DNA of 33,017 nt. Origin: Trichomonas gallinae. Lineage: Eukaryota. The DNA is taken from the NCBI GenBank assembly GCA_008369845.1, contig MRSU01003048.1:1-33017 (forward strand), written 5' to 3'. The notes beneath the pieces were generated by a model. The model was given only the letters and a program-made list of their open reading frames with translations, made no database searches and was not told the DNA's origin. Below are positions 19,191 through 28,273 of the stretch, in pieces. Made by a program: the position numbers and the translations under genes. How positions within the stretch are numbered: the first letter of the stretch is position 1; every line of letters begins with the position of its first letter.

Positions 19191-21275
19191 ATGCTTCTCC
19201 CCATCTTATCTATTGCCAATACATATGGGTACAGTACTAAGAAGATTAGTAAGTATCTCGAGAATCTCGATAGAGGTGTAGTAGCCATTCGTGCAGGAAG
19301 TACGACTTCATTCATTTCTTGGAGATATCTTATAACAGATGATGATAACATAGCATTTAATGTTTATCGTCGCGATGAAGATAACAATGTAGTTAAATTA
19401 AACACTGATCCGATAGAAAGTGTTACACATTTCTATGATAAAACTCATGATAAAAAGAAAACATTCAAATATTTTGTCGGCTCAATTGTCAACCAAAAAG
19501 AAGTTGAAAATTCCACTGAATACGTTTTGCAAGCGAACACAGCTGATATCCCATGCATCAGAATTCCTATAAAGAATGGCACAAGATTCAGAATAGTATG
19601 GTTTGGAGACTTAAATGGAGATGGAAAACTAGATTTTGTATTAGCAAGAGATGCCGAAGACTATCAGACGATTGAAGCTTATCTTCATGATGGGACTTAC
19701 CTTTGGGAAATCAACTTAGGCCATAACAGTCTAAACAAAAACAATATCGAGCCAGGAGCAACAACAGTTAATGTCGGACAAATTGACGGAATCAACATTT
19801 TCGATTTGAACGGTGATGGAAAAGGTGAGGTTTACATAAGAATTGCCAATAACGTAACTTTCGGCGATGGCTATGTATTCACACACGAAAACGATTTAGA
19901 TCAATGGATTGCTTGCGTTGATGGAATGACAGGAAAGTTATTGCATACGGCGCCGATTCCAGGCTGGGCTAAACAGTATGGTCCGATGTCGACACAGTTT
20001 GGTGTTGGATGGTTTGACCTTGAAAGGCCTTCGCTGGCTGTTGTTATGAAAAATAGGGATGACAGGAGGCGATTCCACATGATGAATGCAATTTACGGCT
20101 TCAACAGTACGGGCGGTTTTGAATTGAGGTGGTATTTCACTCCAGACAGCGATCCATCATATATCTGCCCAGAAGGACACCACTTCAGAATTGCTGATGT
20201 AGATTATGATGGTATCGACGAAATACATAATATTGGATTCACTGTCAATGGAAACGGAACACTAAGATATGACCTTGGTAAACAGAAAATCGTTCACGGT
20301 GACAGATTTTATGTTGCAAAATTCAACAAAAATGATACAACTATGAGTGGATATGGAATTCAGCAAAATAATCCTGACTTGATATACGAATACTTTTATA
20401 ACGCGTCAACCGGAGATATCAAATGGATACACTACGGACCAGAAATTCACGATGTTGGCAGAGGAAATGCAGCAGATTTCGATCCGACACACGATGGCTT
20501 TGAAGTTTTTGCTTTCAGCGGAATGTATAATGCAAAGACGAATGAGTTAGTTGCAGAAAATGTAACAGACACACTGTGGCCTAGCAACAATGTATTCTGG
20601 GATGGAACGTTAATCACTGCTTGCTATAATAGAGGTTATTTGGATAAGTGGGATTACACGCAAAATAGAGGTTTCAGACTTTACACTGCCTATGCTGATT
20701 TCCAGAAGAAATACGGTCAATTTCCACTAGAAGATGCAGGAGGACACTATCCTCTGTTCCATGGTGATATTATTGGTGACTGGAGAGAGGAATTTGTAAT
20801 GGCAGCTTCAAATTGGAGTGAGCTCGTAATTTTCACGACGAATTTAGACACTGACATCAAATTGACAACATTGTGGCATGACCCTGGAATGAGAGCGTCA
20901 ATGACTATAAATGGATACAAGCAGAGCCACATGCCTCTTGAATACCTTGGCGCTGAAACAATTCCTGAAGAGCATAGAAGGAATTTGAAGAAATATCATA
21001 AGCTTAGAGCAGACAAAGAAATTATTATACCAACAGAAGCACCAGTTACACCGGAATCATCGACATCAAATACTGCAACTGATCAGCCAACAGCTACTCC
21101 TATTGAAACATCAGATTCCAAATCAGGAGGCTCAAAGAAAGCTGCTGCAGTCGTTGTCCCAATTGTTTTGATTCTTGTTATTGGTGCGGGTGCAATTGCA
21201 GGATACATTTATTGGAAACGCTCTAAGAATGCTGATGATACTGATAATGTTGCTGCTACTACACTAATCGTGTAA
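19191..21275 (+). CDS. Polysaccharide lyase family 11 (rhamnogalacturonan lyase, YesW/YesX-like) with C-terminal membrane anchor
   Basis: ENLDRGVVA…FISWR…FNVYR N-terminal domain; Ca-binding GDLNGDGK, FDLNGDGKGE and ADVDYDGIDEI motifs; HGD, DVGRG, GDIIGDWREE, TLWHDP…Y.Q. These are followed by a T/P/S linker, a TM (AAAVVVPIVLILVIGAGAIAGYIYW) and a short tail. Confidence 0.9.
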   Translation: MLLPILSIANTYGYSTKKISKYLENLDRGVVAIRAGSTTSFISWRYLITDDDNIAFNVYRRDEDNNVVKLNTDPIESVTHFYDKTHDKKKTFKYFVGSIVNQKEVENSTEYVLQANTADIPCIRIPIKNGTRFRIVWFGDLNGDGKLDFVLARDAEDYQTIEAYLHDGTYLWEINLGHNSLNKNNIEPGATTVNVGQIDGINIFDLNGDGKGEVYIRIANNVTFGDGYVFTHENDLDQWIACVDGMTGKLLHTAPIPGWAKQYGPMSTQFGVGWFDLERPSLAVVMKNRDDRRRFHMMNAIYGFNSTGGFELRWYFTPDSDPSYICPEGHHFRIADVDYDGIDEIHNIGFTVNGNGTLRYDLGKQKIVHGDRFYVAKFNKNDTTMSGYGIQQNNPDLIYEYFYNASTGDIKWIHYGPEIHDVGRGNAADFDPTHDGFEVFAFSGMYNAKTNELVAENVTDTLWPSNNVFWDGTLITACYNRGYLDKWDYTQNRGFRLYTAYADFQKKYGQFPLEDAGGHYPLFHGDIIGDWREEFVMAASNWSELVIFTTNLDTDIKLTTLWHDPGMRASMTINGYKQSHMPLEYLGAETIPEEHRRNLKKYHKLRADKEIIIPTEAPVTPESSTSNTATDQPTATPIETSDSKSGGSKKAAAVVVPIVLILVIGAGAIAGYIYWKRSKNADDTDNVAATTLIV

Positions 21276-21652
21276 TTTCACAAAATTTGATTGTTTAAAT
21301 TTCGTTTATATTGTTTTCTATGAATTAGAAAAATTCATGTGAAAAAAACATTGATAATAATTCTATCCATTTCCCAAGTACTGCATATTGAAGTTTTATA
21401 TATGTATTTGGTGATAATCTGTTTGCTTTCCAGATACATTCTATAATGTGATGAATTAAAGTCATATTCCTAGATTTTTGTTTTGTTCATGATTATGGAT
21501 AAAATCATATGAGACTCGTAGAAAAAATATTCGTTGTTTTATTCGAATAAAACTTGAGGTTTCTGAAGTTGTGCGCATATGAAGCCTAGGCATTAGAAGC
21601 CTCATAGATCATGCCATGGCTGCTGTGCACAATAATTTTAGGTTTAAAAAAT

Positions 21653-24301
21653 TTAGACGACGTTGAAATACTGCTCGGAATCGATATCTTCTGTATCTTG
21701 TACGAAATCTGATTCGAGTGTTGTTGGAACCATTCCTGCTCCGAAGTCAGATGTTGGGATTCCTGGCATTGCAGTTGAAAGCTTGATGTTCGGCTTCTGC
21801 AAGACGCAAGGAGACTCCCTGAGGTCAGTGATTGGGCCTTCAACGAGAAGATGCTGCTCCTGGCAGTGCTTGAGAAGGTTGTACCAAAGGATTGACTTCG
21901 ACAAGACTCTCGCGCAGCCGATGATGATGAGGCCATAACGTGCGCGTGTGAGAGCGACATTGAGACGCCTGAAGTCTTTCAAGAAGCCTATGGATCCGTG
22001 CGAGTTACATCTGACGCAGCTCATGATGATGTAGTCTTTCTCACCACCCTGGAAGGAGTCGACTGACGCAATTGTGAGCTTCTGGTAGAAAGCGGCTGGG
22101 AGTGTGGCCATTGATGCTAGGAAGTTCTGAAGGTAGAACTTCTGGCCTGAGTATGGAGAGATGATACCAATATTGTTCGGATCGACACCAGCGTGGCACA
22201 TCTGGTTGACGATCTGCGAAACGATTGTTGCCTCGAACGCGTTGATGTATGATGTGCCTGAGTTGGAGATTTCTTCCTCGTTTGCGACGTTGTTGTAGAA
22301 GCAGAGCGGGACGTTTGGTCTTGGCCATGTGAAGATTGGCTGCGGAGGTGTGCGCTTTTCTGCAGAGACGCCGTTTTGGAGCATACCGTCGTAGAAAGTG
22401 TTCGATGGGAATTCGGAGAGAACAGGGTGCATTCTATACTGTGTGAGAAGACGCTGTGGGCGGAGGCCGAGCTGAACAAGGCGCTGGACGACGGAATGTT
22501 GAAGGCCTGCTTCGACGCATTTTGGATTTGTAACGACTGGGCCCAATTGCATGTGGTCACCGACAAGGCAGACTTGCTTGGAGCCATGCATGATTGGGAT
22601 GAGGATTTCTGGCTCAACAGCTTGTGTGGCTTCATCGATGATGACTGTTGGGAAGACTTTTGTGATAATACGTGGATCAGCTGATGTGATGCATGTGCAT
22701 GTGATGACATCTGCAGCATCAATGACACGTGTTTCGAGCTTGCGACGTAATTCCTTGAAATTCTTTTCTTGCTGCTCATTGAAGTTGCTTGAGGCTCTAG
22801 CAATAAGCATATCATTGAGTTGCCTGGATTCCTTGCAGTCAAGACCGTAAATCATGTTGTGAAGAGCATATTTATCGTCGATATCTTCAATATCTGTTCT
22901 GGAAGTGGAAATAACACGGCAAACGGATGCATGTGTTGCTGCAATGGCTTCTGTAACACGCTCGACGGCTGCATTTGAAGGAGCGCAAACAAGAATTGGA
23001 CCGCGTTGGAGCTGCAGGTATCTTGTAACGAGGGCCGCAATTGTTGTTGTCTTACCTGTTCCTGGTGGACCTTGGATCATCGAAAATGGCGAGTTTAATG
23101 CATATGAAATCGCATTAACTTGGGAATTATTGAGAATTGGGATGCCCTTGACGATTGGGTTCCTGTTTGGTTCGCCTGGTAACATTTTGATCTGATCTGG
23201 AACTTTGCCCATCAAAATATCTTTGATGATATTTGCTGTTGATGTTGCTGGCGAAGCTGGCATCTTGGCAACAGCCGCGAGCATACGTGTGTATGAAACA
23301 TCAAGCCAAACAAGCTGAACAGTGAATATTGAGTCTTCTGGTGGTGTTGGCTGGCGAATGAAGAGGAGCTCGATTTCACCGGCACCAAGGATGCGCTCTA
23401 ATGAGCCCTTGGCTTCGTATTGACCACATTTAACAAGGAAAGTGTCGCCAATGTTAATTGGTCTGGATGTTTCAGAAATTGGGAAGTTAAATGAGCCAGT
23501 GAAACGGTTGAAGCCTTGCTTCTTCCAGTTGATCTTGACGTTTCTGTATATCATGGATTCCGTAATTTGCTTGTCATAATCCATTTCGAGTTTAACGAGT
23601 TGGTTGTATGTTGTGGCGTAGTCCTTAATATCGTTGTAGCGTGGCTTTGTCTTCAAAATCTTGTTGCTTAAGCGAATCTGTGGCAAATCGAGAATGGTCG
23701 CTTTTGGATTAGTTGGCCAAGTCTCTTCCAAGAGGTCCATGTCTGTTGGAGAAATCTCGCAGAATCTGAATCCGTCCTTTGATTCGGCTCCTGATGGTGG
23801 CCTGACGAGCCACTCAATAATTCCTGTTTGCTGGACAATTTGCTGTCTGTGTGTAATATCGAGCGAATAGAGGTGGAGCTGTGGGTCATTGCAGCACTCA
23901 CGGCAAAGAACAAAGTATTTTCCTGTCTTTTCGGATTGAACGAAACTTAAACGGAAGATGTTTGTTGAGTGACAGAGATAGCATGACATCGGGATTTGCG
24001 AGTATTGGTTTTCTGGAGGGAGTTCGATTTCCATGTGGCGAGATTTAACTAAGTGATGAATAATGTGCGAGTGCATTGACTTTCCATGGCCATTGCAGAA
24101 CCATCTGCCAGTTGCCTTGTCCCTAACGAGACACTCACGGATGTCGCAGAGGCAGTACGCGCAGCATGGACGATCAATAACGAGCTCTTCGTTCGAATCT
24201 TCGTTATAATCCGGCTCTTCTTTAGGAACGTAGCCGACTGATCCATGCTCGGTGGACTGGGTCGCTGACCAAGCTAGATCCTGGCGCTGTTTTTCGGTCA
24301 T
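21653..24301 (-). CDS. UPF1: UPF1 / regulator of nonsense transcripts 1 (SF1 RNA helicase)
   Basis: CH zinc domain (CAYC…WFCNG…SHIIHHLV…CYLC…LCREC), Walker A IQGPPGTGKT, LVCAPSNAAV, IIDEATQ, LVGDHMQLGP, QYRMHP, VDSFQGGEKD, RRLNVALTRARYG. Confidence 0.96.
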   Translation of the reverse strand: MTEKQRQDLAWSATQSTEHGSVGYVPKEEPDYNEDSNEELVIDRPCCAYCLCDIRECLVRDKATGRWFCNGHGKSMHSHIIHHLVKSRHMEIELPPENQYSQIPMSCYLCHSTNIFRLSFVQSEKTGKYFVLCRECCNDPQLHLYSLDITHRQQIVQQTGIIEWLVRPPSGAESKDGFRFCEISPTDMDLLEETWPTNPKATILDLPQIRLSNKILKTKPRYNDIKDYATTYNQLVKLEMDYDKQITESMIYRNVKINWKKQGFNRFTGSFNFPISETSRPINIGDTFLVKCGQYEAKGSLERILGAGEIELLFIRQPTPPEDSIFTVQLVWLDVSYTRMLAAVAKMPASPATSTANIIKDILMGKVPDQIKMLPGEPNRNPIVKGIPILNNSQVNAISYALNSPFSMIQGPPGTGKTTTIAALVTRYLQLQRGPILVCAPSNAAVERVTEAIAATHASVCRVISTSRTDIEDIDDKYALHNMIYGLDCKESRQLNDMLIARASSNFNEQQEKNFKELRRKLETRVIDAADVITCTCITSADPRIITKVFPTVIIDEATQAVEPEILIPIMHGSKQVCLVGDHMQLGPVVTNPKCVEAGLQHSVVQRLVQLGLRPQRLLTQYRMHPVLSEFPSNTFYDGMLQNGVSAEKRTPPQPIFTWPRPNVPLCFYNNVANEEEISNSGTSYINAFEATIVSQIVNQMCHAGVDPNNIGIISPYSGQKFYLQNFLASMATLPAAFYQKLTIASVDSFQGGEKDYIIMSCVRCNSHGSIGFLKDFRRLNVALTRARYGLIIIGCARVLSKSILWYNLLKHCQEQHLLVEGPITDLRESPCVLQKPNIKLSTAMPGIPTSDFGAGMVPTTLESDFVQDTEDIDSEQYFNVV

Positions 24302-24433
24302 TTTTCTGACTAAATCGCAGCAACGATAAAATTTTTAGGTTATCTGATATATATGGTTATCATTTATTATTAGATGTAATAATAACATCATGAAAAGTGA
24401 CAGAATATTTGTCATGTAAAGTGTCATATTAAA

Positions 24434-24967
24434 TCAATAATTTATCATGTAAAGGGCCCTTAGACGCCTAATCAATAATTCTTTTATTTTCAATAGATGT
24501 GGACACCAGGTCTTTACATTAGATGTACTATGAACATGAAGGTCACATTCTAGAAAGTCTCAAAAAGTTATAAAAGATTCATCGAGATTTGGAGGTTTCA
24601 ACAATAATATGCCATGTAAAGCACCAAATAGATCTTATCAATAATTTCCAATAGATGTGTACACATGGTGTTCTAAATTATGAATTTAGATACAAAAGAA
24701 CCATGAAGGCTACATACTAGAAAATCTCAAAAATTTACAAGAAATTCATCGAGATTGTCGAGTTTCAACAATAAATTGTCATGTAAAGTGTCAAAAATAA
24801 TTCTTTTTCAATAGTGGTGACATCTGGCCTTCACAACGCAATCCTATTACCAATAGATACACTAGGACCATGAAAGTTACATACTAGAAATTTTCAAAAA
24901 GTTATAAGAGATTCATCGAGATTATGGTTGTTTCATCAATAATTTGTCATGTAAAGTGTCAAAAATA
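24434..24967. repeat. Degenerate tandem array, three full 167-bp units plus partial flanks
   Basis: CATGTAAAG at 24446, 24613, 24780 and 24948; TAGAT at 24520, 24687 and 24854; CATGAA at 24535, 24702 and 24869; ATTCATCGAGATT at 24577, 24744 and 24911. Confidence 0.92.
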
Positions 24968-25148
24968 AACTTGGAATTCTTTTAAAATGCGTGAAAATCT
25001 CAGTTTAACACATGAAAGTCCATTTATAAGGATCATATGGTCAGCTTTGTTTATAAGATTTGGGAAATTTAATAATTAACGCCCTTATGAACATTTTAGA
25101 TATCATATAATATAAAAACATATATCATAGAAATGGGAATAATTAAAA

Positions 25149-26228
25149 TTATATTCCAATTCTCTCCATGAAGTCCAAAATTTGTTGTGCATGACTTGCT
25201 TGTATTGAAGTTCCATTTTCAACTGTATCCAATAGATTCTCTTCTAGTTCTGGAAGTGAGAACAGTTCTTCAATTCTTTCTCTGAATTCTTCAACACAAT
25301 GAAATATTGAGATTTTTAACATCAGGGAATAACCAACGATGATTCCTTTGCTATTTGTCGTGACAACAGTCACCAAATAATTAAACAATCTATCAGTAAG
25401 AATACTGAGGGCAGTACTAACAGATAATGGCATAAGCGCGGAAAAACATTCAAGGGCTGCAACACTGCAATTAAATGAAGAATTCATGACGATATTTGCC
25501 AAAATTTCAAGAATTGACGAAGGACTTTGGATGTTTGGAAATTTTATAATGAGAACATTTAATAATTTCAATGCATTGAGTTGAACTTTCTGGTGATCAA
25601 CACGAGATAAGTCAATAATTCGATTGAAATTTACAATATTACAATCATATCCATACATTAATAAATCTTTGATTAGAATCAATATATTAATGAGAGCAAA
25701 AGGTTTTTCTGAGTTCAATATTGCTTGAACACTTGGAATAAAATTTTCAAATTTTAATTCTTCAGGAATGCTTTGGAATTTTTCAATTATAATGTGAAAT
25801 GCAGCAACACCGCAATTGGTGAATACTAAAATGGAATTTTCCATTCCATAGTTAAATAAATTTATCGAACTTTGGAGATATTTCGCTGGCTCAGCATGAA
25901 TTAAAGATATGAATATATGCAACGATTCTGTTAATATGTCTGAGTTTGGGGTTGAAATTAAAAGTTGTGAATATAAATCTGGATCAAATACTTGATTTAA
26001 TGTTTTTAAGTTAACAGTCATAGTCAGAGACTGCTTTACAAACAAAGTCTTTTCAAAATTGATAAATTGACCTGCAGCAAATGCCTCATTTAGAAAATCT
26101 AGATAAAATTCAACTGAAAATTCCTGTTTTATTGGATCTATATCATTAATATCTGCTATTTTACTATTATCATGCAATGTTTGAGCCTTTATCGCCTTTG
26201 AAATTTCATGAGTTTCAATTGAATGCAT
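25149..26228 (-). CDS. Hypothetical Leu/Ile-rich helical (ARM/HEAT-like) protein
   Basis: 359-aa ATG-initiated ORF with amphipathic helical patterns (VQLNALKLLNVL, SVAALECFSAL). Fold assignment is an inference. Confidence 0.65.
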   Translation of the reverse strand: MHSIETHEISKAIKAQTLHDNSKIADINDIDPIKQEFSVEFYLDFLNEAFAAGQFINFEKTLFVKQSLTMTVNLKTLNQVFDPDLYSQLLISTPNSDILTESLHIFISLIHAEPAKYLQSSINLFNYGMENSILVFTNCGVAAFHIIIEKFQSIPEELKFENFIPSVQAILNSEKPFALINILILIKDLLMYGYDCNIVNFNRIIDLSRVDHQKVQLNALKLLNVLIIKFPNIQSPSSILEILANIVMNSSFNCSVAALECFSALMPLSVSTALSILTDRLFNYLVTVVTTNSKGIIVGYSLMLKISIFHCVEEFRERIEELFSLPELEENLLDTVENGTSIQASHAQQILDFMERIGI

Positions 26229-26602
26229 AACTTAATAATAAAAATGATTCATTCTTTATTGAATTGGATCAAATTTCCATAAAATACTATTTTATCTGTT
26301 AACATTCATCGTTTTCACTTGTTTTCAAATTTCAAAATTATATCTTCTATGTGAACAACATTATATAATTAAATATATTTCTCTACTAGTTAGAAAAAAG
26401 ACAATTTTTATAGTAATGATTCTTCATTTCAGATATTTTTTAAAAAACAATATAATAATTAATTCAGGCAACAGTATTAGCACCTAACTACTCATAATGG
26501 ATAATAAACCGAATTTCAATCAATTTCAATTGTTAGAAAGATGATTATAAAAAATTGAAATCATTTTTTTGGTAAAGTTATTTCATTTACAAAAAATATA
26601 GT

Positions 26603-27595
26603 TTAAACAAATATTTTGAGAGCATCTAAAGCCGAAAGCCATCCAATCATTGCTGGAACACACAAGATTGTCGAGAAGAAAATCAAAGTTGATGAGCAGC
26701 CAGGTCCGGTTCCATTTTGATGTGCTAGCAGGAAGCTAGCAGTTGCAGATGGCAATGCTGCCATGATAGTACATTGCCTGGCAAGGAGGTGATCAATCTT
26801 GAAAGCATAGCTAAACACAGCTGCAAACAGGGACATCATAAAGTGGCGAACAAAGATGCAGAAGATGAATTGCGGCCATGGACAAGCAATGATTGCATTC
26901 TGTGAAAGGAAACCACCAACACACAATAAGCAACTTGCTAAAACTCCATTTGCTGCAATATCAGCAACAGCTTGAATAAAATCTGGGAATTTCCAACCGA
27001 ATCCTGCCCAAATGAAACTAATGATGTTGCCGAACATGATTGGGTTCAAGACAATGTTTTTAACTATTGTAATTAAGATTTTTAACGAAAATTTCTCTGT
27101 AATTCCATCATTGTTTTCTGCATGCTTTTTATTGTTCTCTCTGATGCGGTATATGTTTGCAATGATGAGATATATCGGAACAGTAACAATATCATTCGTA
27201 AGATTGAGAATTGTAACCATTGATACATTTTCACCCCAAATTACTTCAAAGAATGGAATTCCAATGATTAGATAGTTAGTATATATTGATGGCAATGTTG
27301 AAGAGCAATAATAAAAGAAACTTTTGTCAGATCTCAAACAAAAAATGATCAAACAAAAGGTATATGTGGCAACTATTATCATGCCTCCAATAAGCATAGG
27401 ATGGAAGTCAATATCAGCAAATTTCTGTTTGACTACTGCTCTAAATATCATCGGCGGATAGCACAATTTCAGCAAAAACCTGTTTGTCGCATCAATTGTG
27501 TATGCTGATATAAGCTTCAGCTTTGTAATGATATAACCTGCTGCAATAATCAGGAGAAGACCAATGCCAGTCTGTATAACAGGCCAATAATTCAT
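26603..27595 (-). CDS. Auxin efflux carrier (AEC, Mem_trans) family transporter
   Basis: About 10 TM segments; motifs NRFLLKLCYPPMIF, TNYLIIGIP, IVLNPIMFG and AALPSATASFLLA. Confidence 0.9.
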   Translation of the reverse strand: MNYWPVIQTGIGLLLIIAAGYIITKLKLISAYTIDATNRFLLKLCYPPMIFRAVVKQKFADIDFHPMLIGGMIIVATYTFCLIIFCLRSDKSFFYYCSSTLPSIYTNYLIIGIPFFEVIWGENVSMVTILNLTNDIVTVPIYLIIANIYRIRENNKKHAENNDGITEKFSLKILITIVKNIVLNPIMFGNIISFIWAGFGWKFPDFIQAVADIAANGVLASCLLCVGGFLSQNAIIACPWPQFIFCIFVRHFMMSLFAAVFSYAFKIDHLLARQCTIMAALPSATASFLLAHQNGTGPGCSSTLIFFSTILCVPAMIGWLSALDALKIFV

Positions 27596-27675
27596 TGTGA
27601 AGATATTTTTTCAATACATTGATAGACAACATATGAAAAGCTGATATTTATAAACTAATGTGGTTTGGCTGCTTA

Positions 27676-27730
27676 TTCATCTGACCGAAGTTAATTTTAA
27701 ATGTGATGGGACTTCATCTGACCGAGGTTA
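27676..27730. repeat. 18-bp direct repeat TTCATCTGACCGARGTTA x2, upstream of the AEC gene
   Basis: Copies at 27676-27693 and 27713-27730 with one mismatch; start-to-start spacing 37 bp. Confidence 0.85.
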
Positions 27731-28273
27731 GGAATAAAAAATTTTTGCCAAAATTTTTGTTGAAAAAAATTATCATTGAATTTTCAAAAAATTATTGTCA
27801 CTTTTATAAAATTAGTTCCATTGTCAATATTATTAGATTTTATAATTATTAGAGAAGAAAATAATTTCAGAAGTTTACAAGATAAGGTTAATAATTTTTC
27901 ATAAATATTTTTACTTTTTCCATTTTATCAATTTAATAATAATAATATTTCCATTTTATCAAAAATACAATATTTACATCATAAAAGTATGAAATAAAGC
28001 ATTCAAAATCAATATTAGCCCTGCTTCATATTGGTTTGAAAAAATATGTAAATTTTTCCAGGTGAAATCATTTCATATATATAGGTAATGTGAGAAAATA
28101 TCTAATTTTCTCTGCAAAATCACAATAATGATTGCATTCAGGATTATCAAATTTTCATATTTTCGATTAGAACGTTTACGAGAATACTGCAATTTGAAGT
28201 GTTCTGCTATGAAATAAGTTTTAGTATAAGAGGTTGAAATATTTTTTTATTGAAAATATTAAAACTAAAAGAA

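Noticed and set aside
12795..21275. Bacterial contamination or chimeric assembly
   Set aside because: The bacterial-type genes have trichomonad Inr/M2-like motifs, no Shine-Dalgarno or operon structure, and spacers matching the host composition; read support is still needed to exclude it fully.
22117..22842. 241-aa alternative-frame ORF and several antisense ORFs inside UPF1
   Set aside because: Ser/Gln-rich shadow frames expected from biased codon usage of the real gene; no domain signal.
24434..24967. CRISPR interpretation of the 167-bp array
   Set aside because: Repeats are about 100 bp and degenerate, spacers are partly homologous to each other, there are no cas genes, and the context is eukaryotic.
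24434..24967. Box C/D snoRNA cluster interpretation of the array
   Set aside because: TGATGA appears in only one unit (minus strand) and no conserved CTGA box D is present.
28092..28112. 8-bp inverted repeat GAGAAAAT/ATTTTCTC
   Set aside because: Short and AT-rich; expected by chance.
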